From Stegostoma tigrinum (Eukaryota): DNA of 64,000 bases. The position numbers and the translations under genes were made by a program. The notes under the pieces were generated by a model. It was not told where the DNA came from. It searched no databases and worked only from the letters and a program-made list of their open reading frames with translations. Shown piece by piece: positions 35,934 to 49,277 of the stretch. The stretch's first letter is position 1, and every line of letters begins with the position of its first letter. Location: the NCBI RefSeq assembly GCF_030684315.1, contig NC_081371.1, positions 26,221,440 to 26,285,439 on the forward strand, given 5' to 3'.

Positions 35934-36400
35934 CCATAGAGTTAAATGGTGTAAAAACAGACTCTTCAGTCCAACTCGTCTGCGCCGATCAGCTATCCTA
36001 AACTGATCTGTCCCATTTGCCAACATTTGGCCCACATCTCTCAAAACCCTTCCGTTTCATATAACAATCCAGATGCCTCCTAAATGTTGTAAATGTGCAC
36101 ACTTCCACCACCTCCTCTGGCAGTGCATTCCATACACGCACCACCTTCTGGTTTTGGACTACCCTACCATGGGAAAAAGACATTGGCTATTCACTTTATC
36201 CATGCCCCTTATGATTTCATAAACATCTGTTAGGTCACTTTTCAGCCTCCAATGCTCAGGGAAAATAGCTGCAGCCCAATCAGCGTCTCCCTGTAGCTCA
36301 AATGTGCAATCCCAGCAACATCCTTCTAAATCATCTCCGAACCTTTCCAAAGTTAACAACAACTTTCCTTTGGCAGGGAGACCAGAATGTATAATGTACA
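35934..36400 (-). mobile_element. CR1 3' fragment
   Basis: ORF 35998..36183 contains VVRVWNALPEEVVEV...FRRHLD. Confidence 0.8.
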
Positions 36401-36769
36401 TTGCGAATTTATGGATAGCTTTGATTTATGAAATATGGCCTATTGATCTTTTGAGTTCCATAAGCCAATTTAATTCCTGGGACTTCCACAGATTGAAAAT
36501 AATTTTTAAAAAAAGGGTCTGTTAACAATGTCTTAAAATAGCAACCAGAGTCACCTGACCCATTAGGTTGACCAAGTTTTATAAAACATACATAAATGAG
36601 TTGCTGGCTTAGGATTTGCTCTCTGTGTTTTCTCGCTGTCTCTGATATGCATTTTAAAAAGAGAGTGCATCATTTATTCAGCTGCATTTGGTGCAACAAG
36701 CCTAGCTGAGCTTCTCCCATGATTCAAAGTCAATATCAGAACTCCCAGTGAAGCCTTTAGTGTGGTCTT

Positions 36770-37920
36770 GTAGTGCTTTCTATTACTGTCATGACAGCGT
36801 ATCTCAGACACAAGCTCACCTTAGAAGATTTGCTTTGACAAGTGTGTTATCATGCAGTCTGGCTACGTGACCAGAAAACTCAATTAGGATCACTTGAAAA
36901 TGGCATGGATGCTTGGCATGCCAGCTCAGTTGAGTAGCTCAGAGTTTCCATCTCATTTCCCGCAGCTTTTGTAAACATCTCAATTAATGTGGTTGAGCTT
37001 CTTGGCATGATGCTGGCACACAGTTCATGTTTTGTATGCTTGGAGCAGAGTAGAAAGGACTAGACCTCCAAGTACCTTCAGTTTTGTTGTGGGGGTGGTG
37101 TGTGGATTTACTCCTTTTCAATTCTAGGCTGATGTTTGAAGTTTGCAGAAGGCTAAAATTGATTTGACAAATATTCTATTTGTTTTCTTGTCAGCATTCT
37201 CAGCTTGAAAGACTAAGTTGCTCAGTTAGATGAACTTATTCACTGCTGACAGGTTCTGGTAATAGACTGAAACCTTAAGGTCAAGACAGGAGTTTCCTGA
37301 AGCAGATTGATAGATTATTAGTTTTCTTTGTGTTGAAATTCATGCTGAAGTTGTTGCCTACATAGGGGAATAAATTTATCCTATATTGCATGTCCAAAGC
37401 TGAATTGGCAGCCAGAGCACAGACACTGGCAAACAGGAAAGTGCAAAGTATCCACCTGGAGTTTCTCAGACCCGGAAGCTTCCAGTACTTGTATCATTGA
37501 TATTGAAGTTAATATCATCATCATGGAAAACTTTGCTGAAGAGGGTTGGTATTCTATTAGTAGCTAGGAATGAGTCAGAAAATTCACCATCATCAAAGGC
37601 ATGTCCCAGCTGTTGTAGAACTGCCCAATCATTTGATGAATTTTTTGGGTCAGGTGCACTTTTGCAGTATCTTTAAAAGACACTCATGGTTGATTGCATT
37701 GAAGGCCTTGGTCAGGTCGACAAATGAGGTCTTTGGAATTTCATCTGGAGCTATCTAACTGTAAGCAATGCATCAATAGTTCCTCAATGTTTTCTGATAC
37801 TACATTGACTCTCTGCTGGTAGATTCTGGTGATGACATTGTACTAAGTGATTCAGAAAGATTCTGGTGAAGGTTTTGCCAGTGATGGAGGAAAATACCTC
37901 TCTGATTATCATGACTGTTT
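36770..37920 (-). mobile_element. Degenerate RTE-clade LINE RT fragment
   Basis: Reverse complement of ~37697-37730 encodes FVDLTKAFN, and a degenerate N-x-R-G-I-S-x-x-S-I-T-G-K lies near 37872-37908. Confidence 0.65.
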
Positions 37921-38744
37921 GCAGAGATTATCACAGTCCCCGGGAACCATTAATCAAATTTATCAAATTTGCCAAATAACCCCCAGATTAAGAATTTGAC
38001 AGCAGGTTTTGGCATTCTGTCCTTTTATTTTCACACAAGTTCAAACCAACATAAATTAAAATCAATTTTAATAAGTAAATGATACTTCAAAGAGAAAAGT
38101 TCAATTTGACATTAAGCGATACAAAAGCAAATACTTCTTGCAAATAACTGCACAATTTCACAAAATGCAGTTGCTTATTCACGCATGGCAGGCCAGAAGT
38201 CCCATCCAATACCTTTTATTTTGAGTTTCATAGGTTGAATTATCATTAATAAGGCACACTTTCATGAACCCTGTCTCCGTCAGGTCACAACAGAGTGGAT
38301 TGTGAAGCTCTCTAGACTTCCAATTCAACTGACCACACTAAAATACAGGTTCACATTTTGGCCACTTCCAAGCCAACAGTACGTAATATATCTAAGCTAT
38401 TCACAAACCTTCCCAGGTTTCAGACCTTCTTAGCTAGCTCTTCCAGTAATCTAAACCTTCTGGCTGCTCTTCTGCCAAAGAGAAAACTGATCGCCTGCTG
38501 AAAGAGGTTTGCTTCTTCTCACAAGAATTCTCTCTGTTTTGTTTCTAATTCCTCTTTGTGTCTGCAATTGTTTGTCGATTACCTTCATCCTCCAAGATCC
38601 TCTACTTTTCACTCTCTTTTTCCCTTTGTGCCTATCAGTAACACAGCTTCTTTTTTTATAAATACTTCCTGCTGATACTGTTTCCAGGTCAAGAATTGTC
38701 AGATCATGTGAGCCAATAATTCTGAAAATTTAAGAATTTTTAAG

Positions 38745-39225
38745 TTATTCGTTCAGATGTTGTGAGTTTCTCTGGCTGGGCCAATATTTATTGTTCATAT
38801 GTAATTGCCCTTGGGAAGGTGGTGTTAAGCTCTCTTCTTAAGCTGCTGAAGTTCATTTGGTAAAGGTACACCAACAATACCATTAGGGAGGTAGTTCCAC
38901 GATTCGACCCAATGACAGTGAAGGAATATCAATTATATTTCAAGGTTAGCATGCTGAGTGGCTTGAAGATGAACTTGCAGGTTGTGATGTTCCCATGTAT
39001 ATGCCTTTGTCCTTCCAGATGGTGGTGGTCGTGGATTTGGAAGACACTGTTTAAAAAACCTTGGTGAATTTCTGCAGTGCATCTTGTAGATGGTACACAC
39101 TACTGCCACTGTGCATCAGTAATGGAGTGAATGCATGTTTGTGGACATGATAAAACAAGTTACTTTGCCCTGCATAGTGCCGAGCCTTTTAAACATTTAA
39201 GGAGCTGCACTCATTCAGACAAGTG
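38745..39225 (-). mobile_element. CR1-group LINE 3' end, same family as 12295-13655
   Basis: Shared blocks such as CATCTTGTAGATGGTACACACTACTGCC and GCCCTTGGGAAGGTGGTG. Confidence 0.55.
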
Positions 39226-39235
39226 CTCTGGTGCA

Positions 39236-39888
39236 GAGATAGTAGGAACTGCAGATGCTGAAGAATCTGGGATAACAAGGTGTAGAGCTGGATGAACACA
39301 GCAGGCCAAGCAGCATTAGAGGAGCAGGAAAGCTGACCTTTCCGGTCTAGTCCCTTCTTCAGAAATGGGGGAGGGGAAGGGAATTCTGAAATAAATAGGG
39401 AGAGATGGATAAAAGAGAAGATAGGTGAGGAGAAGATAGACAGGTCAAAGAGGCGGGAATGGAACTAGTAAAGGTAAGTGTAGATGGGGAGTTGGGGGGG
39501 ACAGGTCAGCCCAGGAGGACGGACAGGTCAAGGGGGCAGGATGAGGCTGGGAGGTAAGAGTTGGGTGTCGGGCTTAAGGCGGGAGGAGGGAATAGGTGGG
39601 AGGAAGGACAAGTTAGGGAGACATCGAGCAGCTGGGCTGGACATGCACAGGATGGACATGTCGTTTGAGGAACGGGAGGGGGATTTGAAATGGCTCGTGA
39701 CTGGGAGGTACCAAAGATAGTTTTCCCTCCCCACCCTTATCTACTTTCCAGAGGGACCGCTCTCTCCATAACGCTCTCATCTGCTCCACACTCCCAAACA
39801 ACCCCACCACCCCAATAACATCAAAATTTCCTGCTCCTCTGATGCTGTTTGGCCTGCTGTATTCATCCTGCTTCACACCGTATTATCC
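39236..39888 (-). mobile_element. Neptune-type PLE terminal fragment with inverted end
   Basis: 39236-39600 is the reverse complement of the terminus at ~50930-51314. 39720-39888 is plus-oriented PLE sequence ending in the same terminal repeat. Confidence 0.8.
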
Positions 39889-40161
39889 TAGTTTGAAGTA
39901 ATTTGGTTTTCTCATGTTCTGCAGTTAGTTTCCAAGTCGGGTTCAAAGACTGGCTGAACTAAGGTACCTTCTATTACTTCAGATACCCTTATATAATTTC
40001 TTCTTAATTTTCAACCTCATTTGGAGCCATGTTTTCTCAGAAAGCACCCAACATTATAAATGTAAGACTCTGACTTTTCTCTATTTGGTACATTTTTGTG
40101 TGCTGAAAATTAATAATTTAAAATTAATTTTCATGCAGATTAATAAAACAAATTTCCCTAC

Positions 40162-40313
40162 CTTTTCCAAACAAAGTTCCACTCTGTGTGAAACTTCCCC
40201 AATCAAAGTTCTGGTAGCAAATGGCATCAATAATTGAGTGATCTGTGACTTCGTGAAAAAGAAGTCGTTCATCTGCATCTGCGTGATTCTTTTTCTTTAT
40301 CTGTTCTTTCTGC
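40162..40313 (-). CDS. PARP12/ZC3HAV1-like protein, penultimate coding exon
   Basis: ACACAG acceptor; 152 nt, phase 2-1; (W)QKEQIKKKNHADADERLLFHEVTDHSIIDAICYQNFDWGSFTQSGTLFGK(G); AAG|GTAGGG donor. Confidence 0.93.
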
Positions 40314-40814
40314 CTGTGTATCAGTACACAAAAAGACAAGTAAAAACTTTGGAAGAGCAACTAGGAAGAATTAAACTATAGATTTAGAGGTCTAATTTCT
40401 CCAAATTTGACTCTCTAATAGGCAGCATTGGGCAATAGGATGAGTATTTATTTTGCTATGTGCTGTGAGACCTTTGAGTGGAATCTTATCAGGCTGTAAG
40501 CAAAATGGACCAGGGCAAGACGAATGATAAAATCAGGCAAGCGTTTAGGCAAGCCCAACTCAGTATGCTTTTCTCTAGCAGCACGGTGAGAGTTCTTGCT
40601 AGGCAGTAGTAAGTTCCCAATTGGCACATATCATTGTTTGTTAAATGTCTTACTAACACCTCAACTTGCCATGGGTTGCAATCTTACAAATCTCACCAAG
40701 AAACTAGCCACTAGGAAAAACTCAACTTGGAAATCAGAGAAAGTTTCAACTTTGACGTCACCAATCGAATTCAGCATTTTACCGATGTTTGAACTAAGGC
40801 TGCACTGAGATCAG

Positions 40815-41518
40815 AAAATGAGTGGCAGTAAGCAGGTTGTTACTGCTGCCTGATAGCACTGTTGATGACACCTTCCATCACTTTACTGATGATCCAGAGT
40901 AAAATGATGAGGCAGTAAATGACTGGGTTGGATTTTGCACACAGGTCACATTGTTGAGTAGATATCAATGCACTGTTGCAACTGCACTGAAACAGCTTGG
41001 CTAGTGATGTGGCACATTCTGGAAAATAAGTCTTCAGTTCTCTTGCTGGAATATTGTCAGGGCCCTTGGTTTTGCAGAATTCAGGGTTTCAAGTCAATTC
41101 TTGATATCATGCAGAGTGAATCAAATTGGCTAAAGACTGCCATCTATGATGTTGGGGACATCTGGAGGAGGCCGAGATGGCTCATCAACTTGGCATGTTT
41201 GGCTGAAGATTGTGAATGCTTCAGCCTTATTTTTTGCACTGATGTGCTGGGCTCCTCCATCACTGAGGATGGGGATATCTATGAAGCCTCCTCCTCCAGT
41301 GAGTTTAATTTTTCACCTCCATTCACAACTGGATGTGGCAGGACTGCAGTGCTTAGATTGCATTCATTTTGGTTGTGGGATCACTTAGCTCTGGCTATCG
41401 TTTGCTGCTTATGCTGTTTGGCACACAATCAATCAGTTTTATAACTTCACCAGGTTGACATGTCATTTTTAGGCATTCCTGGGACTGCACCTAACATGCT
41501 ATCTTATATCTCTATTGA
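40815..41518 (-). mobile_element. CR1-group LINE RT fragment
   Basis: Reverse complement of ~40845-40932 encodes SNPVIYCLIILLWIISKVMEGVINSAIRQ, the degenerate YRPISLL region. Confidence 0.7.
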
Positions 41519-41767
41519 AAAACTTTAACCAAACTTTAAAAAAATACAGATAATCCATCAGCCCAGATTTCATTCTGGAATCTGACTTGCCAGGTGCTGT
41601 CTATTGCTCATTACAGAAGGAGTTTCTGAATTACAATTCAAAATGTGAAGGCTGCATGATTTGTTTTTCTTTCCATAATCCACATGCACTTATGCACGTC
41701 TGATGCAGCTCTGCATAACACAGAAGAGGTTGAAAACTGAACCTGGTAACTCATTGATCTCAAAGTT

Positions 41768-43143
41768 CATAAACAATGAGATATAGGAGCAGAAGCCTGC
41801 AGTTCAGTTTATTTAGCCTTGCTGCAATTCAATGATACTGTTGCTAATCTGATAATCCTCAACTCTACCTTCCTGTCTTTTCTCCGTAACCTTTGATTAC
41901 CTTGCCAATTAAAAATCTGTCCATTGCAGCCTTGAATATATTCAACTGCTCTCTATGGTAAAGAACTCCAGAGATTGACTATTCTCCAAGACAAAAAAAG
42001 ACCCTCCTCATCTCTGTTTGAAATGAGCAATCCCTTATTTTGAGATTATACCCTCTGGTCTGAGAATCTCTCAGCGGGGTAAAAACCTTTTCGTACCTAC
42101 TCTGTCAAGACTTCTAAGAGTCTTGTAGTTTCTATAAGGTAGTCTCTCATTCTTTTAAATTCCAAATGAGCATAAGTTCAACCTACTCAACCTCTCCTAT
42201 CAGAAAATACCTCCATATCCAGAATCAACCTAGTGAAATAAAGGCCAACATTCCAATTGCCTTGCCTATTACCTACTGAACCTGGATGTTAGCATTTTGT
42301 GTTTTGTGCATGAGTGCTCCCTATTCCCTCTGTGCTGTAGCTTTCTGCAGTCTTTTCCCATTTAAATGATATTTAGCTACCCTATTCTTCCTACCAAATT
42401 ACATAACTTCACATTTTCCCATATTATATTCCATTTGCCAATTTTCCCATTTATGCAATCTGCTTATACCCCTTTGTAGATTCTTTGTATCATCCTCACT
42501 GCTGGCCTTCCCACTATTTTTATGTCATCCACAGACTTGATAATTGTACATTGGCATCCCAGTTTCCATTCCTTAATTTATAGGTAAATCATTGTGGGAC
42601 CAGTGATCCCAGTGGCATTATTTATAAGTTGTCATCCAGCAAATGCTCCTTTTATCCCTACTCTCCATCTTCTATTAGTTAGCCAATCTCTATTCATGCT
42701 AATATCGTTTCTGCAATGATATAGGTCTTTTTTAAAAATTTACCTGTTCAGAAGTAGGGACACTACCATGGTGCCAGAAGAGCCAAACAACACAAGTCTT
42801 ATTGTAGTGATTGTAACAAGATCAACCAACTGGGCTTCATAAAATATGAGTTCCCTGATTGGGGCTATTTATCTGGTCTAATCAGAGGGCCCTGGCTGAT
42901 ATGTAAAGATTGAGCATCAGGGATACTAACACTGTGGTGTCTGACATGGTATGAGACAGTAATATTGTCATGTGTAAATAAAGGATGACTGAGTGATAGA
43001 ATGCTGCCCCTTATAGAGTAATTTCATTTATCTTATCAAGTGGCCTAATGCATGGTACCTTATCAACTGCCTTTACAATATCCAAATATATTACATTGAC
43101 TGCTCCGTTTGTCTGCTCTACTTGTCATCTCCTTGAAGAACTC
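41768..43143 (-). mobile_element. Old CR1 fragment containing a solo LTR
   Basis: CR1 tail at the left end and degenerate RT sequence up to GTCATCTCCTTGAAGAACTC. Confidence 0.7.
42803..43026 (+). mobile_element. Putative solo LTR (224 bp)
   Basis: TGTAGTG...ATTTCA termini, internal CTGATTGG/CTAATCAG inverted motif, AATAAA near the 3' end, and flanks CTTAT/TTTAT (imperfect 5-bp TSD). Confidence 0.6.
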
Positions 43144-44820
43144 AAAACAGAAAAAGATTATTGAAGACAAATGCAAATCTCTTACATTCAGAAACAGAGC
43201 AATGGGGGAACAAAGAGATGTCAGACTTATTTTGTACATACATTTGATTCTGTCTTCACAAGGGAAGATACAAAAAACATTCCAAAATGTTGTGAGTCAC
43301 AGGGTCTACTGACAGGGAGGAACTGATAGAAATCAATATTAGTAGTGAAATAATGTTGAGGAAATTGCTGGAAATAAAGAATGATAAATATCCAGGGCCT
43401 GATAATCTACATCTCAGAATACTTAAGCAATTTCTGGAGAAACAGTTGATACATTGATGGTAATATTTCAAGACTCTATAGCCTCTGGAACAGTTCCTAT
43501 GGATTGGAAGGTACTTGTTGTAACCGTCCCTACCCCCATTTAAAAAAGGAGGTAAGAGAGAAACTAAGGAAATATAAGCTGGTTAATTAGCCTGACATTG
43601 ACAGTGGGGGAAATACTAGACTCTACTTTAAAAGATTTAGCAGCAGAACATTTGGAAAACAGTGACTGGATAAGAGCATGGAATCATAAAGGGAAAATCA
43701 TGCTTGACAAAAGGACTGGAATTTCTCAAGAATGTGTCACAGGATTGATGCGGGGGCTCAGCAGATGGGCTTTACTTGGACTTTCAGCAGACTTTTGAGA
43801 AGCTCGAATTTAAGAGATTAGCATGTAAAAGTAAAGCACATAGAATTAGAAGTAGTGTATTGACATGAATAGAGAACTCATTACCAAATTAGAAAGAAAC
43901 AGTAGGAATAAATTTTTTTTTGAGTGGCAGGCAGCAACTAGTGGGATACCTCAGGGATCAGTGTTTGGATGCCAGCTGTTCACAACTCTATACCAATGAT
44001 TTAGATGGGCACCATATCTCCAAATGCGCAGATGACACAAAGCTGGGTGGGTGGGTGATCAGTGAGGAATGTTCAGAGGTGCTTCAGTGTGACTTGAACA
44101 AGTTGAGTGAGTGGGTAACTGAATGGCTGATGAAGAGTAATGTTTTGGAATGTGTGGTTATTACCTTGGTTGCAAAATCAAGTAGCAGATTATTATCTGA
44201 AAGGCAATAGATTGCGAAAAGCAGAGGTGCAACGAGACCTGGATGTCCTCGTAGATCAGTCACTAAAAGTAAGCACGCAGACACACAGGTGAGGAAGAAG
44301 GAAAATGGTGTGTTGTTTTCATAGAATGAGGATTTGAGTACACAAGCAGGGATGTCTTGCTGCATTTGTAGAAGGCCTTGGTGAGACCACACCTGGAAAA
44401 TTGTGTATGGTTTTACCAAAGTATATTTTGGCTGTGTAAGGGGCGCATTGGAGGTTTACCAGACTGATTCCTGGAACGGCAAGACTGATGTATGAAGGGT
44501 ATCTGGATCCATTAGGACTATTTTCACTGGAGTTCAGAAGATCAAGGGGGATGCCATAGAAACCTGCAAGATTTTAACAGCACTAGACAGGGTAAACACA
44601 AGAAGGATGTTTCCTTTGGTGACAGTTTAAGGATATGGATTAGGAAACCAGAGAATGGTGAACTTGTTGTATTCACTACCACAGAAAGAAGTTGAAGCTA
44701 AAACATTAAATATTTTAAGAAGGAATTATAGTTCTTAGTTCAACCATGATCATATTGAATGGTGGAGCAGGCTCAAAGTGCTGCATTGTCTGCTCCAGCT
44801 CCTTATTATTATGTTTCTAA
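43144..44820 (+). mobile_element. Degenerate CR1 RT to 3' end
   Basis: ISKCADDTKLGG in ORF 43920..44210; TATGTTTCT tail. Confidence 0.8.
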
Positions 44821-45340
44821 TAAATTTGCCAGGTAACTTCTCCTTCATTAACCTACATTGACTGCTTGATTATCTTTTACATTTCTAAATTCTCTACTAT
44901 TATATCTTTCACAACATACTCTAATATTTTCCCCATGACAGACATTAAACTATGTGGCCAATAGTTACCTGTTCTTTGTCTCCCTCTCTTTTTGAATAAT
45001 GGTGTTAAGTTAGTAGTTTTCCTATTTTCTGGGATTTCTCCTGAATTTAAGAATTCTTGGAAGATTACTGCCAGTATAACCACTTTCTCTGTAGCTAGTT
45101 CTTTTAATATCCTAGGATGCAATCCATCAGGTCCAGTGGACATATCAGTCTTTACCCTATTAGTTTCCTAGATACTTTTTCTCTCGTGATAGTTATCATG
45201 TTTATTTCAGCTTCCCTCTCCACTTTATTCCTTGATTTTCTCATAGTTTTGGAATATTATTAGTGTCTTCTACGGTGAAGACTGACATAAAGTATTTATT
45301 CAGTACTTTTGTTTCTTTCCTGTGTTCCCATTACTATTTC
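44821..45340 (-). mobile_element. CR1 ORF2 fragment
   Basis: ORF 44877..45143 contains STGPDGLHPRILKEL...PLFKKRGRQRTGNYWP. Confidence 0.8.
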
Positions 45341-46039
45341 TTTTTTAAACCTGTCCAGTGCCATCTATTTGTCCACCAAATTATCAGAATATCTTACTGA
45401 AGCAAACAAAACTATACTTCAAGCCTGAGGCCCCACTTTAATTTCCAATAAAACTCAAAATCACTTCTGATAAATGAATGCTATTTTGCTAACATATAAG
45501 AATAGCCTGTATCAAAAATAGTCATGAATATAAATTGATCTGTAAATGATCAACACAAAATAACTGCTTGAATTGTAAGGTGTAATTTTTTTTCTCTCAG
45601 TGCACGATAACACCCAAAACTTCAAATGAATTTCTTCCAAATGAATTGGAAATTACTTTTAAAAAGGAGTTTTTTAAAAAATCTTTCAGATTAATGATGT
45701 TGGCTGTCTAACATGGGGTTTTTGTTGTATAAGTATGACTTATGAGACAAAAATATCCAACATCACATGTAAATCACAAAAGTCTAAAAGTGGCACTTTT
45801 AATGAAATGAGGCATGATATAACACAGTGAGTGTATGGGAGGTTCATATTTTTTGACAACATTGATAAGTGAGTGCCTTTCAAAGTGAAGGACTTACAAA
45901 ATGATTTTTCACATTGCTCAGCAGAAGTATATTCCAGTAATTTGAAAGAACTGTAGGAAACGAGATATTCAGCCATTGATGTCCAAGGAAATAAAGGAAA
46001 GTATCATATTGAAAATAAAACACATACATAAAAGCAAAG

Positions 46040-47945
46040 AGTAGTGGGAAACTAGTAGACTAGGAAATTTATTAAAGGCCAACAGAAAGCCACAAAAAAA
46101 TTATAAAGAGAAGTAAGATAGATTATGAGAGTAAACTCGCTTATAATATAAAAACAGGCAGCAAAAGTTTCTATAAATATGTAAATTGTAAAAGCATGGC
46201 GAAGGTAAACATTGGTCCTTTAGAGGATGAGTAGGCCAATTTAATAACTGGGAATGAGGAAACAGCTGAGACATTAAACAGTTATTTTGTGTTGGTCTTC
46301 ACAGTGGAAGACACAAATAACATGATCACTAAGGAGCCAGTGCTGGGCAAGCTAATGGGTAAAGGTAGACAAGTCTCCTGGCTCTGATGAAATGTATCCC
46401 AGGATAATAAAAGAGGTGATGGGGGAAAATAGCAAATGCACTAGTAATTATTTACCAAAATTCACTAGGCTCTGGGGTGGTTCCCGCAGATTGTAAAACA
46501 GCCAATGTGACACCACTGTTTAAAAAAGGAAGTGGACAAAAAGCAGGCAACTATAGGCCAGTTAGCTTAGCTTCGGTAGAGGCGATAATGCTTGAATCTA
46601 TCACTAAGGAAGAAATAGTAAGACATCTGGATATAAATTGTCCCATTGGGAACATCCAGCATGGGTTCAAGAAGGGTAAGTCATGTTTAACTAATTTGGT
46701 GGAATTCTTTGAGGACATTACTTACATGGTGGACAATGGGGAACCTGTGGATGTGGTGTATCTGGATTTCCAGAAGGCATTTGACAAGGCGCCACACCAA
46801 AGACTGATACATAAGATAAAGTTGCATCGTATTACAGGTAATGTACTGGCATGGATAGAGGATTGGTTGACCAGTAGAAAGCATACAGTAGGGGTAAACT
46901 GGTATTTTTCTGGTTGGTGGTCAGTGGCTAGTGGTGTGCCTCAGGGATCAATGTTAGGACTGCAATTGTTTACAATTTACATAGATGATTTGGAGTTGAG
47001 GACTAAGTGTGGCGTTTCAAAATTTACAATGGCACTAAGATGAGTGGTAGAGCAAAGTGGGCAGAAGACACTGAAAGTCTGCAGAGGGATATAGATAGTC
47101 TAAGTGAGTGGGTAAAGGTCTGACAGATGGAGTACAATGTTGTTACGTGTGAGGTCATCCATTGTGGTAGGAATAACAGCAAAATGGACTATGTTTTAAA
47201 TGGTAAAAATTTGCAACACACTCCTGTGCAGAGGTACTTGGGCATCCTTGTGCATGAATCGCTAAGAGTAGGATTGCAGGTGCAGCAGGTAATTAAAAAG
47301 GCAAATGAAATTTTGTCTGTCATTGCTAGAGAGATGAAGTTTAAAAACAGGGAGGCTATACTGCAGCTGTATAGGGTCCTGGTGATGCCACACCTGGAGT
47401 ACTGTGTGTGCAGTTTTGGTCTCCTTACGTGGGAAGGGATATACTAGCACTGGAAGGGGGTGCAGAGAAGATTCGCTCAGTTGATTCCAGAGTTGAGAGG
47501 GTTAGATTATGAGAACAGACTCAGTAGGCTGGAATTATACTCATTGGAATTCAAAAAAATGAGGGGAGATCTTATAGAAACTTATAAGATTATGAAGGGA
47601 ACAGATAAGGTGGAGGGAGGGAGCAGCACCAGCAGGTGAAATGAGGGCTAGGGGGCATAGCCTCAAAATAAAGGGAAGCAGATGTAGGACTGAGATCAGG
47701 AGGAACTTCTTCACCCAAAGGATCGTGAATCTGTGGAATTCCCTGCCCAGTGAAGTGGTTGAAGCTACCTTGCTGAATGTTTTTAAGGCAAGGCTAGATA
47801 AATTTTTGAACAGTAATTAAGGGTTATGGTGAGTGGGTGGGTAAGTGGAGCTGTGTCTCGAAAAGATCAGCCATGATCTTCTTAAATGGTGGAGCAGGCT
47901 TGAGGGGCCAGATGGCCCACTCCTGCTTCTAGTTCTTATATTCTT
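46040..47945 (+). mobile_element. CR1 ORF2 RT region and 3' UTR, frameshifted
   Basis: ORFs 46477..47043 (NYRPVSL, YLDFQKAFDK, GVPQGS) and 47127..47447; TTCTTATATTCT tail. Confidence 0.88.
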
Positions 47946-49277
47946 TAAAGGCATAATGCTCAGCATGCAGATAAGTTCATTCTCAAAGCTTATAAACTCA
48001 GAGCAAGCAAACATGATATTAAATGAATTACTAAGCAACTGAAAGTGAGATGAAACAGAAACATGACATGGAAAAAGGTATTGGGACACACAAAAAGTTA
48101 TAAGAGAAAATGTAAAAACACTTTACAGCATTGAACAATGGATCAAAGGGAGGTCTCAGCAATTGAGACCGAGCATCACAGTAAAATAAATTATTTCACT
48201 AACACAATAACAAGAGAGTAAAGGAGTAGGTGATACCCATGGGAGATACAGTGAAATGGGAAATGAGTGCAAAATAGTAAATAATATTTCCAAGAGTTCA
48301 TGTGATAAGATATGAGCATTGTGTCTACAGAAGACATAAGGTATAAATTCATGAAATCTGTGCAGAAAAAAAAGTTTTCAACCTAGATAAGACAATTTGG
48401 TCTATAATTTCCTGAATTATCCCTTTTCCTCTTGAGTCAGACTGCAATATTAGCAGCTCTCCAATCTTTTATCAGTAATAATCTGTCCAAAGATTTTAAG
48501 AAAATTCTGGGTATACTTCCTTCCTCTTGTCTGGCATTCTGAAATGCATTGTCTCGAAGCATGACTACTTTTCTATTTTTAGCTCAATTAACTCTTAAAG
48601 ACAGTTCTGTTCTAAATATCTGAGTGATGTATTTCTTCTTATTTGGATGAGGGCATTATTGGCTGCGCCAGAATCTGTTGCTCATTCCCAGCTGTCTTTC
48701 AGAAGGTGGTGGTGAGCAGAACCGTTAATATGGGAATTCCAGAATTTTGACCTCGTGACAGTGAAGGAATAGCGAATGTAGTTCCAAGTCAAAATGTCAA
48801 ATAGGCATCCACTTTCATTGTGTTCATACCACTATTAATTAACAGAACAATCCTCAACCTTTTCTTTGTGTTCTGTCATTCTTAAACGTCATGGAACCTG
48901 TAACATCCACGCTGTTGTCCTGCAGCGATGTGTCTTCAATAGCTGCCAGATCATACCTATTCAATTCTATTTGTGCTGTCAGTTCATCTGTTTTGCTTTG
49001 ACATCTACTTGCATTTAGATACAGAGCCTTTAGTTCTGTCTTTTTATTATTTTTGTAACCTCCAATCTTATCTGCTGATTTACGTTTAAATTTGTACTCT
49101 ACTTCCTTTCCTGTCACAGTCTGTTTATCATTTCCGATATTGGTGCCTTTCTCTCCTCCCTTTTGATTTTATGACATCCTCACAAATTTGATCCCTTGCA
49201 GTCACTATTTAGTTTTAAAACCTCTCCATTTCCCTAGTTATGTTCCACTTTATGGCAGTGGCCCAACACAATTTCAA

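Noticed and set aside
45740-45976. 78-aa minus-strand ORF inside the PARP intron with a possible acceptor and GTAAGT donor
   Set aside because: The flanking PARP exons already join in frame (TG+G = Trp) and match the family without a gap; no recognisable homology.
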